A DNA stretch of 64,000 bases from NCBI GenBank assembly GCA_047601445.1, contig JASGJH010000001.1, forward strand, positions 3,072,001-3,136,000. The letters are read 5' to 3'. The DNA is from Myxococcales bacterium (GTDB taxonomy: Bacteria; Myxococcota_A; Polyangia; Polyangiales; DASUME01). Of this stretch, positions 47,311-57,196 are shown piece after piece. A program made the position numbers and the translations under genes. The notes below the pieces were generated by a model. The model did no database searches and was not told where the DNA came from. It saw only the letters and a list, made by a program, of their open reading frames with translations. How positions within the stretch are numbered: position 1 is the first letter of the stretch; every line of letters begins with the position of its first letter.

Positions 47311-50300
47311 AGCGCATCCAGCGTCTCCTCCTGTGCATCGCCCTGGCGTGCCCGCTGGCCATGCCTGCTCCGAGCTCGGCCGCACCCAACGCCGAGAAGG
47401 CCAAGTCGAGCTTCGGCGCGCCGGCTCAAGAGCGCCGCATCTCGAGCGGCGTGGACCTCGACGACCTCAAGCGCGTCGACGACGCCTCGCGCAAGGCCGC
47501 TGCGCAGCCGTCCAACGAGCTCGAAGCGCGCCACTACTTCCGCGACCGCCCCGATTCGATCGGCAGCTACGCCAAGGCCAAGGAGCAGAAGCTGCTCGAG
47601 GAGCTCCTGGCCGACCGCGAGAACAAGGTTCGCGAGCGACGCAAGGAAGCGCTCGCGCTGCTGGAGCGCTTCGTGGCCCAGGAGCCGGAAGAGGCCGTCG
47701 AGATGGCGGACGCTCTACTGCGCCTGTCCGAGCTCACCTGGGAGGTCGCGCGGATCGACTATCTCGACGCCTATGCCATCTGGCAGCGCACCCCCGAGAA
47801 GATCCGCAAGGACGAGCCACCGCTCCCCAACTACACGCGCACCATCGCGCTGTACGACCGGTTGCTGAACAAGCATCCCACCTTCGAGCGCCTCGACTTG
47901 GTGCTCTACATGAAGGCTTTCACGCTGGTGGAGCGTGGAGAAAACGACGCCGCCCTGCCGCTCTTCCACCGCATCCTCAAGGACTACCCGCAGAGCAGCT
48001 TCGCGCCCGACGCCCACATGGCGCTCGCCGAGCACGTGTTCAACACCGACTACAACTTCCGCGCCGCGCTCGTGGAGTACGACCAGGTGCTGAAGTACGA
48101 CGAGAGCGAGCTTTACGATCTGGCGCTGTTCAAGAGCGCCTGGTGTCTGTGGCAAATCGGCCAGAAGACCGAGGCGGCCGTGCGCTTCCGCAAGGTGCTC
48201 GACCTCGACGGCGAGCGCGCCGCCCACACGCGCAGGAAGCGCATCAAGGAGCTCCAGAGCGAAGCCCTCGAATACCTGATCCAGGTGTTCACCGAAGACG
48301 AGCGCAACCGCGCGGCCGACGTGCGGCGCTTCCTGCAGGAGATTGGCGGCGAGCAGCACGTGGAGCGCGTGTTGATTCGCCTCAGCGCCACCTACTACGA
48401 CCAGGCACGCTTCGACCAGGGCATCGAGGCCTACGGCCTGCTCCTGCAGATCGATCCGGCCTCCAAGCACGCCCCCGAGTACCAGCTGGCCATCGCCCGC
48501 GGCTATCTCGCCCTCGACCAGTTCCCCAAGGCGCGCGACGCCTACGCCACGCTGGCCGAGACCTACGGCCCGACCTCCACCTGGGCCACGCAGCAACCCG
48601 ATCAGGAGACGGTCGGCGATGCCCGCGCGATGATCGAGAAGGCGCTGCGCGAGCAGGGGCTCTCACTGCACGAGCTCGGACAACGGGACAGCCGCAAGGA
48701 GTACTTCGAGCAGGCCGCGGACATCTACGGCATCTACCTCAAGCACTTCGACGACTCCCCGGAGAGCTACCGACTCACCTTCTACCTCGGTGAGATTCTG
48801 TTCCATCGCCTGGAGCGCCACGCGGAAGCCGGCGATGTGTACATGGCGGCGGCGCGCAAGAACCCCAAGGGCGAGTTCACCAAGGACGCCCTCTACAACG
48901 CCATCGGGGCCTTCGAGCGCGTGCGCGAAAAGGAGATTTCGCGCTGCACGGCAGCCCCCAACACGCCTTGCGCCGAGACCGAGAACGACAAGAAGTTCTC
49001 CTCGGCCATCGAGCTCTACGCGAGCTACTACCCGAACGATCCGGACTTGCCGGAAATCCTGTTCCGACAGGGCAAGTTCTACTACGAGCGCCACATCTAC
49101 GACCCAGCCGTGCGTCTGTTCGGTCAGCTGCTCGATCGCTACCCGAACAGCTCCTATGCGGGCGACGCGGGCGAGCTGGTACTCGACAGCTTCAACCGTG
49201 CGGCCGACTACCAGAACATCGAGCTCTGGGCGCGCAAGCTCAAGACGGCGCCAGCCTTCAAGAGTGCGGAGTCGCAGAAGCGGCTCAATGGCTTGATCCT
49301 CGGCGCGGTGTTCAAGATCGGCGAGCAGCTGGCGAGTCAGAACGAGCACGAGGCGGCGGCCGACGCCTACGTGCGCGCGGCCCAGGAATTCCCGAGCGAT
49401 CCGCGCGCGCCCAAGGCGTACTACAACGCGGGACTCGAGCTCTCGCGCGCAGGTCAGCTCGCCAAGGCGGACGCCACCTACAGCACGCTGGTGGAGAAGT
49501 ACCCCGGCACCGAGGAAGGCGCGCTCGGCGCCTGGAACGGCGCACAGATGTACGAGTCGATCGCGCAGTTCCGCGACGCGGCGCGCTTCTACGAGGCCTA
49601 TAGCGAGCGCTTTCCCAAGGGGCCCAAGGCCTCCGACGCCGGCTACAACGCGGTGCTCTTGCGCCTCTCGGCCCACGACTACAAGGCAGCGGTCGTCGAC
49701 GGCAAGCGCTTCACCGATCGCTTCCCCAAGGACGATGCGGTCGACGACGTGTACTTCCTGATCGGACGTGCACACGAAGGCGAGAAGGCTCACGCCGAGG
49801 CCGAGGGTACCTACCGTGAGTACCTGCGGCGCACCAAGAACCCAGACCGCCGCGTGGAGGCCTACGCGCGCCTCGGCCAGGTATTGACCTCCGCGGGAAA
49901 CCGCAAGGGCGCGGACGCGGCGTTCTCCGATGCGGTCGCCGAGGGGCGCCGCAACAGGAAGCAGCTCAAGGGTGGACGCTACTACGCCGCCCAGGCTCGC
50001 TACCTGCAAGGCGACGAGGCGCTGCGCGAATTCGACGACGTGAAGATCGAAGGCGACCTCAAGGGCCTCGGTGCGCGCCTCAAGCTCAAGGCCAAGTTGC
50101 TCGGCAAGGCCGCGGGCATCTACTCCGAAGTGGTCGAGTTCGAAGTGGCCGAGTGGGTCACGGGCGCACTCTACAAGATCGGCCGTAGCTACGAGCTGTT
50201 CGCGAAGGCCCTGGCGGACGCGCCGTTGCCCGAGGGCCTCAACGAAGAAGAGCAGCAGGTCTACCGCGACGAGCTGGCGATGTTCATCGTGCCGATGGAA

Positions 50301-50639
50301 GAGCGCGCGCTCGAGGCCTACGAAGGTGGCTACAAGAAGGCGCGCGACCTCGGCATCTACAATCAATGGACCGTGCTCATGCGCGAGGGCCTCACCCGCA
50401 TGAACGACGTCGAGTATCCGCCCATCCGCGAGATCGGCGGAGACATCGTGCGCGAGCGTGCGCTGGCTCAAGGACCGGTGATCGAAGGCTTGAGGGCGCG
50501 CGAGACCGCGGCCGCGACGCCCGCGGTGAAGGTGCGCGAGGACAAGCCCGCGCCCAGCGCTCCTGCCCCTACTCCCTCCGACGACAAGCCCAAGAAGCGC
50601 GCCGGCAAGCCCGGTAAGGCCAAGGAGGTCAAGCCATGA
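47307..50639 (+). CDS. GltD/AgmU/NfsD-like large periplasmic TPR protein
   Basis: Signal peptide; TPRs; ALFKSAWC; C-terminal EWVTGALYKIG...APLPEGL...YRDEL...EERALEAY...YNQW. Confidence 0.85.
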   Translation: MKRIQRLLLCIALACPLAMPAPSSAAPNAEKAKSSFGAPAQERRISSGVDLDDLKRVDDASRKAAAQPSNELEARHYFRDRPDSIGSYAKAKEQKLLEELLADRENKVRERRKEALALLERFVAQEPEEAVEMADALLRLSELTWEVARIDYLDAYAIWQRTPEKIRKDEPPLPNYTRTIALYDRLLNKHPTFERLDLVLYMKAFTLVERGENDAALPLFHRILKDYPQSSFAPDAHMALAEHVFNTDYNFRAALVEYDQVLKYDESELYDLALFKSAWCLWQIGQKTEAAVRFRKVLDLDGERAAHTRRKRIKELQSEALEYLIQVFTEDERNRAADVRRFLQEIGGEQHVERVLIRLSATYYDQARFDQGIEAYGLLLQIDPASKHAPEYQLAIARGYLALDQFPKARDAYATLAETYGPTSTWATQQPDQETVGDARAMIEKALREQGLSLHELGQRDSRKEYFEQAADIYGIYLKHFDDSPESYRLTFYLGEILFHRLERHAEAGDVYMAAARKNPKGEFTKDALYNAIGAFERVREKEISRCTAAPNTPCAETENDKKFSSAIELYASYYPNDPDLPEILFRQGKFYYERHIYDPAVRLFGQLLDRYPNSSYAGDAGELVLDSFNRAADYQNIELWARKLKTAPAFKSAESQKRLNGLILGAVFKIGEQLASQNEHEAAADAYVRAAQEFPSDPRAPKAYYNAGLELSRAGQLAKADATYSTLVEKYPGTEEGALGAWNGAQMYESIAQFRDAARFYEAYSERFPKGPKASDAGYNAVLLRLSAHDYKAAVVDGKRFTDRFPKDDAVDDVYFLIGRAHEGEKAHAEAEGTYREYLRRTKNPDRRVEAYARLGQVLTSAGNRKGADAAFSDAVAEGRRNRKQLKGGRYYAAQARYLQGDEALREFDDVKIEGDLKGLGARLKLKAKLLGKAAGIYSEVVEFEVAEWVTGALYKIGRSYELFAKALADAPLPEGLNEEEQQVYRDELAMFIVPMEERALEAYEGGYKKARDLGIYNQWTVLMREGLTRMNDVEYPPIREIGGDIVRERALAQGPVIEGLRARETAAATPAVKVREDKPAPSAPAPTPSDDKPKKRAGKPGKAKEVKP

Positions 50640-51763
50640 TCAGCACTCGACATGGTTTCCTGCACGGCCTCGCGCTCACGGGCGCGCTGTGCTTGAGCGC
50701 CTGTGGCAAGACGAAGGTGGAGGAGACCACCCCGGACAAGCTCGCGCCACCCAATGCGCAGGCCGTGAAGCTCTTCGTGTCCGGTGCCGAACAGCTCAAA
50801 GCCGGCACGCCCAAAGCCCTGGTGCGCGCGCGCGAGCAGCTCGAGCAGGCCGTGGCGCAGGCGCCCAACCTGTGGGAGGCCCACTACGACCTGGGCCTGG
50901 TGCTGCGTAAGCAAGGTCAGCTCGAACCCGCCCGCAGCAGCTTGATGCGCGCGCGGGAGCTCGCGCCCGAGGCACCCGAGCCGATCCTGGCGCTCGCTGA
51001 ATGCGAGCTCGCGCGTGGTGACCTCGGCGCTGCGGCCAGCTTGCTGGAGGCCCTGCTGGAGCGCGATCAGAGCCAGCTCGAGGCGCGTCTCTCGCTGTCG
51101 GCGCTCTACCGCGAGCGCGGCGATCTCGATCGCGCGCTCAAGCACGCGCGCGAGGTGCTGGTGCGCAACCCCAGCGAGACCCGCGCACTCGTGGAAGTGG
51201 GCCGCGTGTACCGCGCCCAAAAGGAGCTCGACGTGGCGGAGCTCGTGCTCGAGAAGGCCCGCGTCATCGACGACAAGAACGCCGCCATCTACAACGAGCT
51301 CGGCCTCTTGGCGCTCGACCGCGGCGACACCCAGCTCGCTTTTACCCAGTTCGCCCAGGCCAGCCAGCGCGACGAGCGCTTCGCCCCTGCCCACATGAAC
51401 CAGGGCTCGGTGCTGCTCAAGGCCGGTGACTTCGAGGCCGCGGAACGCGCCTACAAGGCCGCGCTCGGCGCGGACGCCCACGCGGTGGACGCCGAGATCG
51501 GGCTCGCCATCGCGCTGCGCGGTCAGGGCAAACACAAGGAAGCCAAGACCCACTACGAGCGCGTGCTGGAGACCGAGCCCGCGCACCTGGCGGCGCTCTA
51601 CGACCTGGCGGTGCTCAAGGCGGACTTCCTCGATCAACGCCAGGACGCGCTTCCACTGTTCGAAAAATACTTGGCCCTGGCTCCGAGCAGTGATGCTCAG
51701 CGCCCCAACGTGCAGCGCTACTTGGAGGACATCCGGATGGCCAGCGGGAGCACCCCCCAATGA
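50636..51763 (+). CDS. GltE/AglT/NfsE-like TPR lipoprotein
   Basis: Lipobox LSA-C; TPR array (AIYNELG, AHMNQG, ALYDLAVL); position after the GltD-like gene. Confidence 0.8.
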   Translation: MISTRHGFLHGLALTGALCLSACGKTKVEETTPDKLAPPNAQAVKLFVSGAEQLKAGTPKALVRAREQLEQAVAQAPNLWEAHYDLGLVLRKQGQLEPARSSLMRARELAPEAPEPILALAECELARGDLGAAASLLEALLERDQSQLEARLSLSALYRERGDLDRALKHAREVLVRNPSETRALVEVGRVYRAQKELDVAELVLEKARVIDDKNAAIYNELGLLALDRGDTQLAFTQFAQASQRDERFAPAHMNQGSVLLKAGDFEAAERAYKAALGADAHAVDAEIGLAIALRGQGKHKEAKTHYERVLETEPAHLAALYDLAVLKADFLDQRQDALPLFEKYLALAPSSDAQRPNVQRYLEDIRMASGSTPQ

Positions 51764-52245
51764 AACGCCTCTTGCCTGCCCTCCTCTGGATGCTCGTCGG
51801 CAGCTTCACGCTGACGAGCGCGCTCTCGGATACGGCGCACGCCGAGCCGCCCGCGCAATCCAAGAAGAAGTCGAAGAAGAAAAAGAAGGGCAAGAAGGCC
51901 GAGGCCGAGGCCAACAGCACGCCCGCAGCGCCCGCCCCCGCCCGCGAGAGCGAGCCCAAGGGACCTGCGCGTGAGGGGGCCGAGGGCAAGAAGAGCGCAC
52001 AGGAGCTGGCCCGTGCGGCCGCCCAGGAATCCAGCACCGGAGCGGACGCGCAGATCGTCAAAGAGGGTGACACCAACGTGAAGGTCATGAGCTTCACCGG
52101 ACTCGATATCGAGGGCCGCTTGAAGTCGCCCCAGCTGCTCTACTTCGTGAACCGAGTCCACGCGGAGTTCGAGCGCCCCAAGCTCCCGCACCGCTCCTTC
52201 ATGCCCGAGCTCGAACGTTCTACCCAGCGAGATCCCCTCCGATGA
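51760..52245 (+). CDS. GltF/CglF-like small exported protein
   Basis: Signal peptide ending AHA; Lys-rich stretch; C-terminal F.GLDIEGRLKSPQ...RSFMPEL..S. Confidence 0.78.
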   Translation: MKRLLPALLWMLVGSFTLTSALSDTAHAEPPAQSKKKSKKKKKGKKAEAEANSTPAAPAPARESEPKGPAREGAEGKKSAQELARAAAQESSTGADAQIVKEGDTNVKVMSFTGLDIEGRLKSPQLLYFVNRVHAEFERPKLPHRSFMPELERSTQRDPLR

Positions 52246-53606
52246 GCATCATTTCACGCCGCAAGCGGGAGCTGCGCCTGGCCATGGTCTGGAACCAGGC
52301 CGTGATGGGCGAAGAGCTGTTGAAGGAACCCCGGGCCGTGCTGCTCGGATATGGCCCGGAGGCGCTGTTTCCTCTGCCCGAAGCCCAGGCCGCACGCGGC
52401 GATCTCACCTTGCTGACACCGCTCGCCGAGGGCTACAGCCTCACGCTGCCCCCGGACGCGCGCGGCGCTGTTTGGCTCTCGGGCACGCGACGCGAAGTGC
52501 GCGACCTGCTGGTCTCGAGCCCCACGGTCACCTTGGGCCCCGACGACTTCGGCGTGATCAGCCTGGGCGCGGCGAGCTACTTCTTCCAGCAAGTCGAGCA
52601 CGCACCGGAGCCAGTGCGCCCCTGGTTCGTGATGAACGGCGACCTCGCGGCCAGCTTCGGCCTGTCGGTGTTCGTGCACGTCTGCGGGCTCCTCTTGATG
52701 CTGTTGGCCCAGCGCGAGCTCCCCCAGGAGAAGAGCCTGGAACTGCCGGCGGAGCTCATCAGCCGCTTCCTGGTCAATCCTCCGCCCGAGGATCTGCTCA
52801 AGCCACCTGCCAAGGACGCCGGTGACAAGATGGACAACGGCGGCCTGCGTCAGAAGGACGAAGGCGGCGGTAAGAAGGACAAGGGCGACGAAGGCAAGGT
52901 CGGCAAGAAGGAAGCGAAGCAGCAGGAGACCGAGATCGCCGGCGAAAACCGGGGCGCCATCGCGGCCAAGGTGCGCGGCATGGGACTGCTCGGTGCGCTC
53001 GCGGGCGGCGACACGCTCAAGGACGCCCTGAACGTCGCGAGCGTGGGCAACCTGTTGAGTGGCCTGAACTCGGCCCGCACCGAGCTCGGCGCGGGCTCCG
53101 GTGGACGTGGCCTGCGCGGCATCGGCGCGGGCGGCGGTGGTGACAGCGCGGGCACCTTGTTCGGCGGCGGAGGCATCGGCACCGGACTCGGAAGCGGCTC
53201 GGGCAGCGGCGGTGGACGCGGTACGGGCGGCGCAGGCGGCCGCGGCAACGGTGCAGGAGCCGGCCGTGGCGAGGCCAAGGTGGCGCTCACGCCGGGTACG
53301 CCCCAGGTCAGCGGCTATTTGTCGGCCGAGCAGATCAACCGCGTGGTGCGCGCCAACCAGGCCGCCCTCCGCTACTGCTACGAGAGCGAAGTCCAGCGCC
53401 AACGCGCGCTCAAGGGCAAGGTGATCATCCAGTGGCGCGTGGACCGCGAAGGCGCGGTGCCGAGCGCGCGCGTCGCCTCGACCACCCTCAACAACTCCGG
53501 CGTCGAGGGCTGCATCGTACGCCAGGTGAAGAAGTGGCGTTTCCCCAAGCCGGACGGCGGCGAGGTGAGCGTCATGTACCCGTTCATCTTCGGAGTGGGA
53601 GGCTGA
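52242..53606 (+). CDS. GltG/PglI/NfsG-like inner-membrane protein with TonB-C-like (AgmX/PglI) C-terminal domain
   Basis: Cytoplasmic beta domain; TM SFGLSVFVH (S-x3-H, TonB-like); Gly-rich linker; INRVV...LRYCYE...GKV...CIV...WRFPKP.GG.V.V.YPFIF. Confidence 0.85.
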   Translation: MSIISRRKRELRLAMVWNQAVMGEELLKEPRAVLLGYGPEALFPLPEAQAARGDLTLLTPLAEGYSLTLPPDARGAVWLSGTRREVRDLLVSSPTVTLGPDDFGVISLGAASYFFQQVEHAPEPVRPWFVMNGDLAASFGLSVFVHVCGLLLMLLAQRELPQEKSLELPAELISRFLVNPPPEDLLKPPAKDAGDKMDNGGLRQKDEGGGKKDKGDEGKVGKKEAKQQETEIAGENRGAIAAKVRGMGLLGALAGGDTLKDALNVASVGNLLSGLNSARTELGAGSGGRGLRGIGAGGGGDSAGTLFGGGGIGTGLGSGSGSGGGRGTGGAGGRGNGAGAGRGEAKVALTPGTPQVSGYLSAEQINRVVRANQAALRYCYESEVQRQRALKGKVIIQWRVDREGAVPSARVASTTLNNSGVEGCIVRQVKKWRFPKPDGGEVSVMYPFIFGVGG

Positions 53607-53607
53607 C

Positions 53608-54396
53608 ATGACACGCTTGGCGAACGTCGCGGCGCTGCTCGCTCTGGCGGGCCTCTCGGGCTGCCTGGAAGAGCAGCGCTACGCGGTGGAGCGCGAGCGC
53701 GTCTACATGCCGCCGGACTCCGAGCCTGCCTTCTTCGATGACGACGACAATCCGTTCTTCGTCGAGGAGAAGGTGTTTCGTCTGCAGATTCGTCCGCCCA
53801 GCGAGCAGTCCCTGCAGACGCTGACGCAGTCTGCGCAGGGGATGAAGCTGCCCTTCCCGCGCTTGCCCTGGGTGCAGCGCGAGGACGAAGAGCTGCGCGT
53901 CGACTACACGCTGGAGAACCGCAGCGACCAGCCGGTGAACGCCATGGTCTTCGTGGACGGTATCGACGAGTTCTTCGAGTACACGCCTGGCCCCGAGGAC
54001 TTTCATCAGTACGAACGTCGTCTGCTCGTGGAAGCCCACAAGACGGTCGGCGGTACCATCACCGAGCTCGAGATGGACGAAATCGCCATCGACCTGGCCA
54101 CCGCGGTGAACGGCGCGCCGAACACGGCACTCGTCGTGCAGTTCCAGGGCCAATCTGGCCGCGACCCACGCGTGCAGAAGTACATCCCGAAAGTCGTGCC
54201 AGGCCTCGTCGCATTCCACATGGGCATCATGAGCGGCGGCCTCGGAGGTGGAGAGACCGCCCCCGACCTGAAATTGACCCTGAGCGTGCGCGTCCAGGAC
54301 CATGGTGACCGCATCGCGGCGCGCGGCGAGAAGCACTGGGACCCGCTGCCCACGCCGACGCCCTTCGTGCCTGTCGTACCGGAAGAGGACCCATGA
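53608..54396 (+). CDS. Hypothetical lipoprotein in Glt-like operon
   Basis: Lipobox LSG-C; tightly coupled to both neighbours. Confidence 0.8.
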   Translation: MTRLANVAALLALAGLSGCLEEQRYAVERERVYMPPDSEPAFFDDDDNPFFVEEKVFRLQIRPPSEQSLQTLTQSAQGMKLPFPRLPWVQREDEELRVDYTLENRSDQPVNAMVFVDGIDEFFEYTPGPEDFHQYERRLLVEAHKTVGGTITELEMDEIAIDLATAVNGAPNTALVVQFQGQSGRDPRVQKYIPKVVPGLVAFHMGIMSGGLGGGETAPDLKLTLSVRVQDHGDRIAARGEKHWDPLPTPTPFVPVVPEEDP

Positions 54397-55121
54397 GCTT
54401 GGAAAGGCGCGCCGGCGCGCGCGCGCAGAGTTGGAGAGCGTTGCTGGGGTGCGCGCTGTTGGGAACGTGGTTGGCCGTGTTTGCGCCGCGCGTGCATGCA
54501 CAGGGCAACGCCAGCGAGCCGGATCTCGCGCCCGGTGAGCAGCTGACGGAGGCGGTGGACCCCACGCGCCTGGACGTGGCTCGCTTGCCCCCGGAGGCCA
54601 TCGAGGTGACCCGCGACCTGTACGCGCACGGACTCTTCCTGGAGGCTCAGGCAGGTGCACTGGCGTTCGTGGGCGATGCCAACGTCGTGAGCACGCCCGG
54701 ACCGCGCTTCGGCGTGGCGCTCGGCTACGAGGTGTTCTCGTGGCTGAGCCCGCTGCTGTTGCTCGAAGGCTCCATGCATCGCACGGATAACCGCGGTCCG
54801 CCCGCGCCGAGCGCCTACGAGCTCATCGGCGGTGCCCTGGGCGCGCGCCTGAACATCCCTTTCAACGCGCGTGCAGCGCTGTGGGTGTCAGGTCTGGTGG
54901 GAGTCAACTGGTCGAGCCGCGACGTGCTGCGTGCGCTGGGCTTCACGGATGCCTTCAAGCTCGGCATCAACTACGGTGGCGAACTCGGCTTCGATTGGCA
55001 CCTGAAGTCACGTCATCATTCGCTCGGAGTGTTGGGAGGCGCACGCCTCTATCCTTCGCTCGCGCGCGATGACTTTACGCTCGCTGGATATGGTTCCGCA
55101 TACGTCCGCTACGTGTTCTGA
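54393..55121 (+). CDS. GltH/CglE-like outer-membrane beta-barrel
   Basis: Signal peptide; HGLFLEAQAGALAFVG, GVALGYE, GGELGFDWH...HHSLG, C-terminal VRYVF. Confidence 0.75.
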   Translation: MSLERRAGARAQSWRALLGCALLGTWLAVFAPRVHAQGNASEPDLAPGEQLTEAVDPTRLDVARLPPEAIEVTRDLYAHGLFLEAQAGALAFVGDANVVSTPGPRFGVALGYEVFSWLSPLLLLEGSMHRTDNRGPPAPSAYELIGGALGARLNIPFNARAALWVSGLVGVNWSSRDVLRALGFTDAFKLGINYGGELGFDWHLKSRHHSLGVLGGARLYPSLARDDFTLAGYGSAYVRYVF

Positions 55122-55463
55122 CGACAACGTCCGTTTTCAATCTTAATCGTTCCGTTCCCATTCTTGGACGCACGATTTCTTGACGTTCTGCGCGCTCACT
55201 GATTGACGCGGTCTCGCAGTCGGAACACGGTACGAAGCATGCGGACGGAGCGCGTTGACACCCCCCGAGTGCCGTGTCGTAGTGCTGTTCCCGAACTGCT
55301 TGGCGAGAGCTTGTGCACGTGGAAGTGCCTTGGAAGTAGGCGATATGTGGCGTTGCATGCGAGCGGCCCTGCCCGCTGCGCGCCCGCCATCGAATGAAGT
55401 CCAGGATTGGTTTTGCTCGCGCGCTCGGGGAGCGCGCTTCGACTCGTCCTCGGAGACCAGGTC

Positions 55464-57095
55464 ATGCTCTCGCTCTATCAGCGCATCAAGGACTGGCAGC
55501 GCAGTCCAGACAGTGAAGGCACGGGAAGACTCGCGCGCTTACGGGACGGCATCGCCGCGGCGCCCCTGGCGTGGGCGGACCGCGCCGGACGTCAGTCAGA
55601 CTTTCGTGCCGCCTTTGCAGACTCTCCGTTTGCCAATTTCATCGCGGATCCTTCGGGACAGGTACTGGTCTGCAACCCGCGCTTCACTCAGCTGTGCGGC
55701 CAGGCTGCCGGCGCCGAGTCCACCCTCGACTTGCAGACCTCGTGGGTCGGCAGCTGGACTTGGAAGGCCGTCCTGGACGACCTCGAGCAGGCGGAGACGC
55801 CGCGCTTCCGCAAGCTGACACTCGCCGTGCGCGACAACAAGCGCGGACCACAGACCCTCGAGGTGCTGGCCACGGTGTGGCTCGAGCGCAGCAGCGACGG
55901 ACGCGTGGCCCGGGTCCACGGGAGCTTGCTGGATCCGCACGCGCGGGGCGAACTCGAAGCGCTCTCCGGACATTCACGTCAGCTGGAACGCGTGACGAAA
56001 CTCGCTGGTGAGCTTGCGCACGACTTCAATAACCTGCTGACGATCATCCTCTCGGTGGGCGAACTGATGCTGGTGAGCGGAGAGCTCAGCGCTGGACTCA
56101 CGCGCCGCTCTCGAGCCTTGATCTCGGCGAGTCAGCGGGCCGCCACGCTCGCCACGCAGCTGCTCAACCTGAGCCGCACGACGGCGGGTCCCCATCTCAG
56201 TGTGCCGACCCATAGCTTCGTCCAGGAATCCCTGGTGTTGGCGCGCCGCTTGATCCCCGAGCTCGAGATGCGCACGCAGATCGCGGCCGACACGGGCGCA
56301 CTCGAGGCAGACACCGCGCAGCTCTCGCAGGTGTTGGTGAACTTGATCATCCACGTACGCGATTCCCTCCCGCCGGACGGCGCCGTGGGGCTGTGCTCGC
56401 AGCGCGCGACGCTGAGCGAGTCGCTGGCCACTGGACTCGCGCCGGGTGAGTACGTGCAGATCTCCATCGGCGCAGCGAGCGACCTCGAACGCTCGCTGGC
56501 GGATTCGGAGAGCAACCCGCAGCCCTCCGCGGCGGCAGACGTGGGACGCACATCGGGGTTGGGACTCACGAGTGCCCACGGCATCGTGCGCGCCGCAGGT
56601 GGCTACATCGGTGTCGGGCGAGGCCTCGGCAATACCCCGCTCTTCACGCTCTATCTGCCGCTTTCCCAAGCCGACCGCGACTCCGCGGAGCAAACCGCCG
56701 AGAGCGACCGCGGCAACACCATCCTGGTGGCAGAGGATGAGCACCTCGTGCGTCAGCTGACCTGTGCCCTCCTGCGCGAAGAGGGCTACCAGGTGCTCGA
56801 AGCGTCAGACGGAGCCAACGCACTCAACCTGGCCAGTCGACACCACGGTCCCATCGACCTCTTACTCACCGACGTCACGATGCCGCAGATGGGTGGGGTG
56901 GAGCTCGGGCGCGAGCTGCAAAAGCGCTTCCCTGGGCTGGCGGTGCTCTACATGTCCGGCCACAGCGAAGACGCGCTGCTGCGGCAGGGGTTGCCCAAGC
57001 GCGAGGCGCACCTGCTGGCCAAGCCCTTCAGCCGCACGGCGCTCACCAACGCGGTGCGCAGAATGCTGCAGCAGGCGAAGGTTCAAGAAGCTTGA
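55464..57095 (+). CDS. Hybrid sensor protein PAS-HisKA-(degenerate HATPase)-REC
   Basis: H-box LAHDFNNLL; N-box NLIIHVRD; no DxGxG; SGLGL; REC VAEDE/LTDVTMP/MSG/KPF; GGAG before ATG 55464. Confidence 0.88.
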   Translation: MLSLYQRIKDWQRSPDSEGTGRLARLRDGIAAAPLAWADRAGRQSDFRAAFADSPFANFIADPSGQVLVCNPRFTQLCGQAAGAESTLDLQTSWVGSWTWKAVLDDLEQAETPRFRKLTLAVRDNKRGPQTLEVLATVWLERSSDGRVARVHGSLLDPHARGELEALSGHSRQLERVTKLAGELAHDFNNLLTIILSVGELMLVSGELSAGLTRRSRALISASQRAATLATQLLNLSRTTAGPHLSVPTHSFVQESLVLARRLIPELEMRTQIAADTGALEADTAQLSQVLVNLIIHVRDSLPPDGAVGLCSQRATLSESLATGLAPGEYVQISIGAASDLERSLADSESNPQPSAAADVGRTSGLGLTSAHGIVRAAGGYIGVGRGLGNTPLFTLYLPLSQADRDSAEQTAESDRGNTILVAEDEHLVRQLTCALLREEGYQVLEASDGANALNLASRHHGPIDLLLTDVTMPQMGGVELGRELQKRFPGLAVLYMSGHSEDALLRQGLPKREAHLLAKPFSRTALTNAVRRMLQQAKVQEA

Positions 57096-57117
57096 GAGCG
57101 GAGCATTTTAGCGAGAA

Positions 57118-57166
57118 CGCACGCGTGCGAAGACGCGCACGACTACGAGGACGAGCACGAGTACGT
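57118..57166. repeat. Palindrome plus degenerate hexamer array between convergent genes
   Basis: CGCACGCGTGCG palindrome (57118-57129); GCACGA CTACGA GGACGA GCACGA GTACGT (57137-57166). Confidence 0.6.
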
Positions 57167-57196
57167 AAACCTGCGTGGGGCCAAGTGACTTGGTCG

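Noticed and set aside
53090..53275. GGC-rich repetitive DNA
   Set aside because: Encodes the Gly-rich linker of the GltG-like protein; not a separate repeat
55122..55463. Lower-GC spacer with small ORFs (55143-55358 minus and others) as a possible sRNA or small protein
   Set aside because: No SD, codon bias, motif or convincing structure; treated as intergenic
57118..57166. Hexamer array as a CRISPR remnant
   Set aside because: 6-nt unit, no spacers and no cas genes
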